A DNA stretch of 63,806 nucleotides, the filler included, from Rhabdomonas costata (taxonomy: Eukaryota): NCBI GenBank assembly GCA_019059605.1. It is 54 parts of 54 records of this genome, joined end to end, with 100 filler letters (N's around TTAATTAATTAA, not from the genome) between each part and the next. Parts side by side here need not be neighbours in the genome. Positions count along the whole stretch, not along the records: positions 62,724 to 63,806 come from JAHMHO010029493.1; 53 more parts are not named here. One strand, 5' to 3'. The notes under the pieces were generated by a model that was not told the origin of the DNA, did not search any database, and saw only the letters and a program-made list of their open reading frames with translations. The position numbers were made by a program, and so were the translations under genes. Below, in pieces: positions 63,715-63,806 of the stretch (position 1 is its first letter; the number at the start of each line of letters is the position of its first letter).

Positions 63715-63806
63715 GTAGGGGCGGGAGGGGGCCTGTCACCAATATGCATGTACATACGAAAGCCGCATTATATCGTGCCCTATGGTGTGTATGTCGGGCT
63801 GCCATG

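Overview
This window is not one locus. It is an artificial scaffold of 54 unrelated contigs of about 1.08 kb joined by 53 identical 100-bp linkers (N44-TTAATTAATTAA-N44), so adjacency between contigs carries no information. Many contigs start with a G/T-only tail or end with an A/C-only tail, which suggests whole-genome-amplified DNA. The host is an intron-rich eukaryote, most plausibly a euglenozoan such as a euglenid (inference from EWMY-type nucleotide cyclases and intron style). Short GC-rich exons encode fragments of a KIF6-like kinesin, a second kinesin, a TMTC-like TPR protein, four cyclase-related proteins, elongin C, AP-4 beta, katanin p60, Sec31, CNNM/DUF21, two ABCG segments, a histidine kinase, and ankyrin and TPR proteins. 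Splice donors are very degenerate and at least three are GC donors. Mobile DNA includes decayed Ty3/Gypsy pieces, a Merlin-like transposase and a gag-knuckle-then-tyrosine-recombinase (VIPER/TATE-like) retroelement. The best candidate for a novel system is a set of AT-rich, intronless, frameshifted virus-like genes on three contigs: a PLV/virophage-type tyrosine recombinase, a probable double jelly-roll major capsid protein and a papain-like protease abutting host-like DNA. Together they suggest a decayed endogenous Polinton-like virus. All family assignments come from motif recognition by eye, not database searches.
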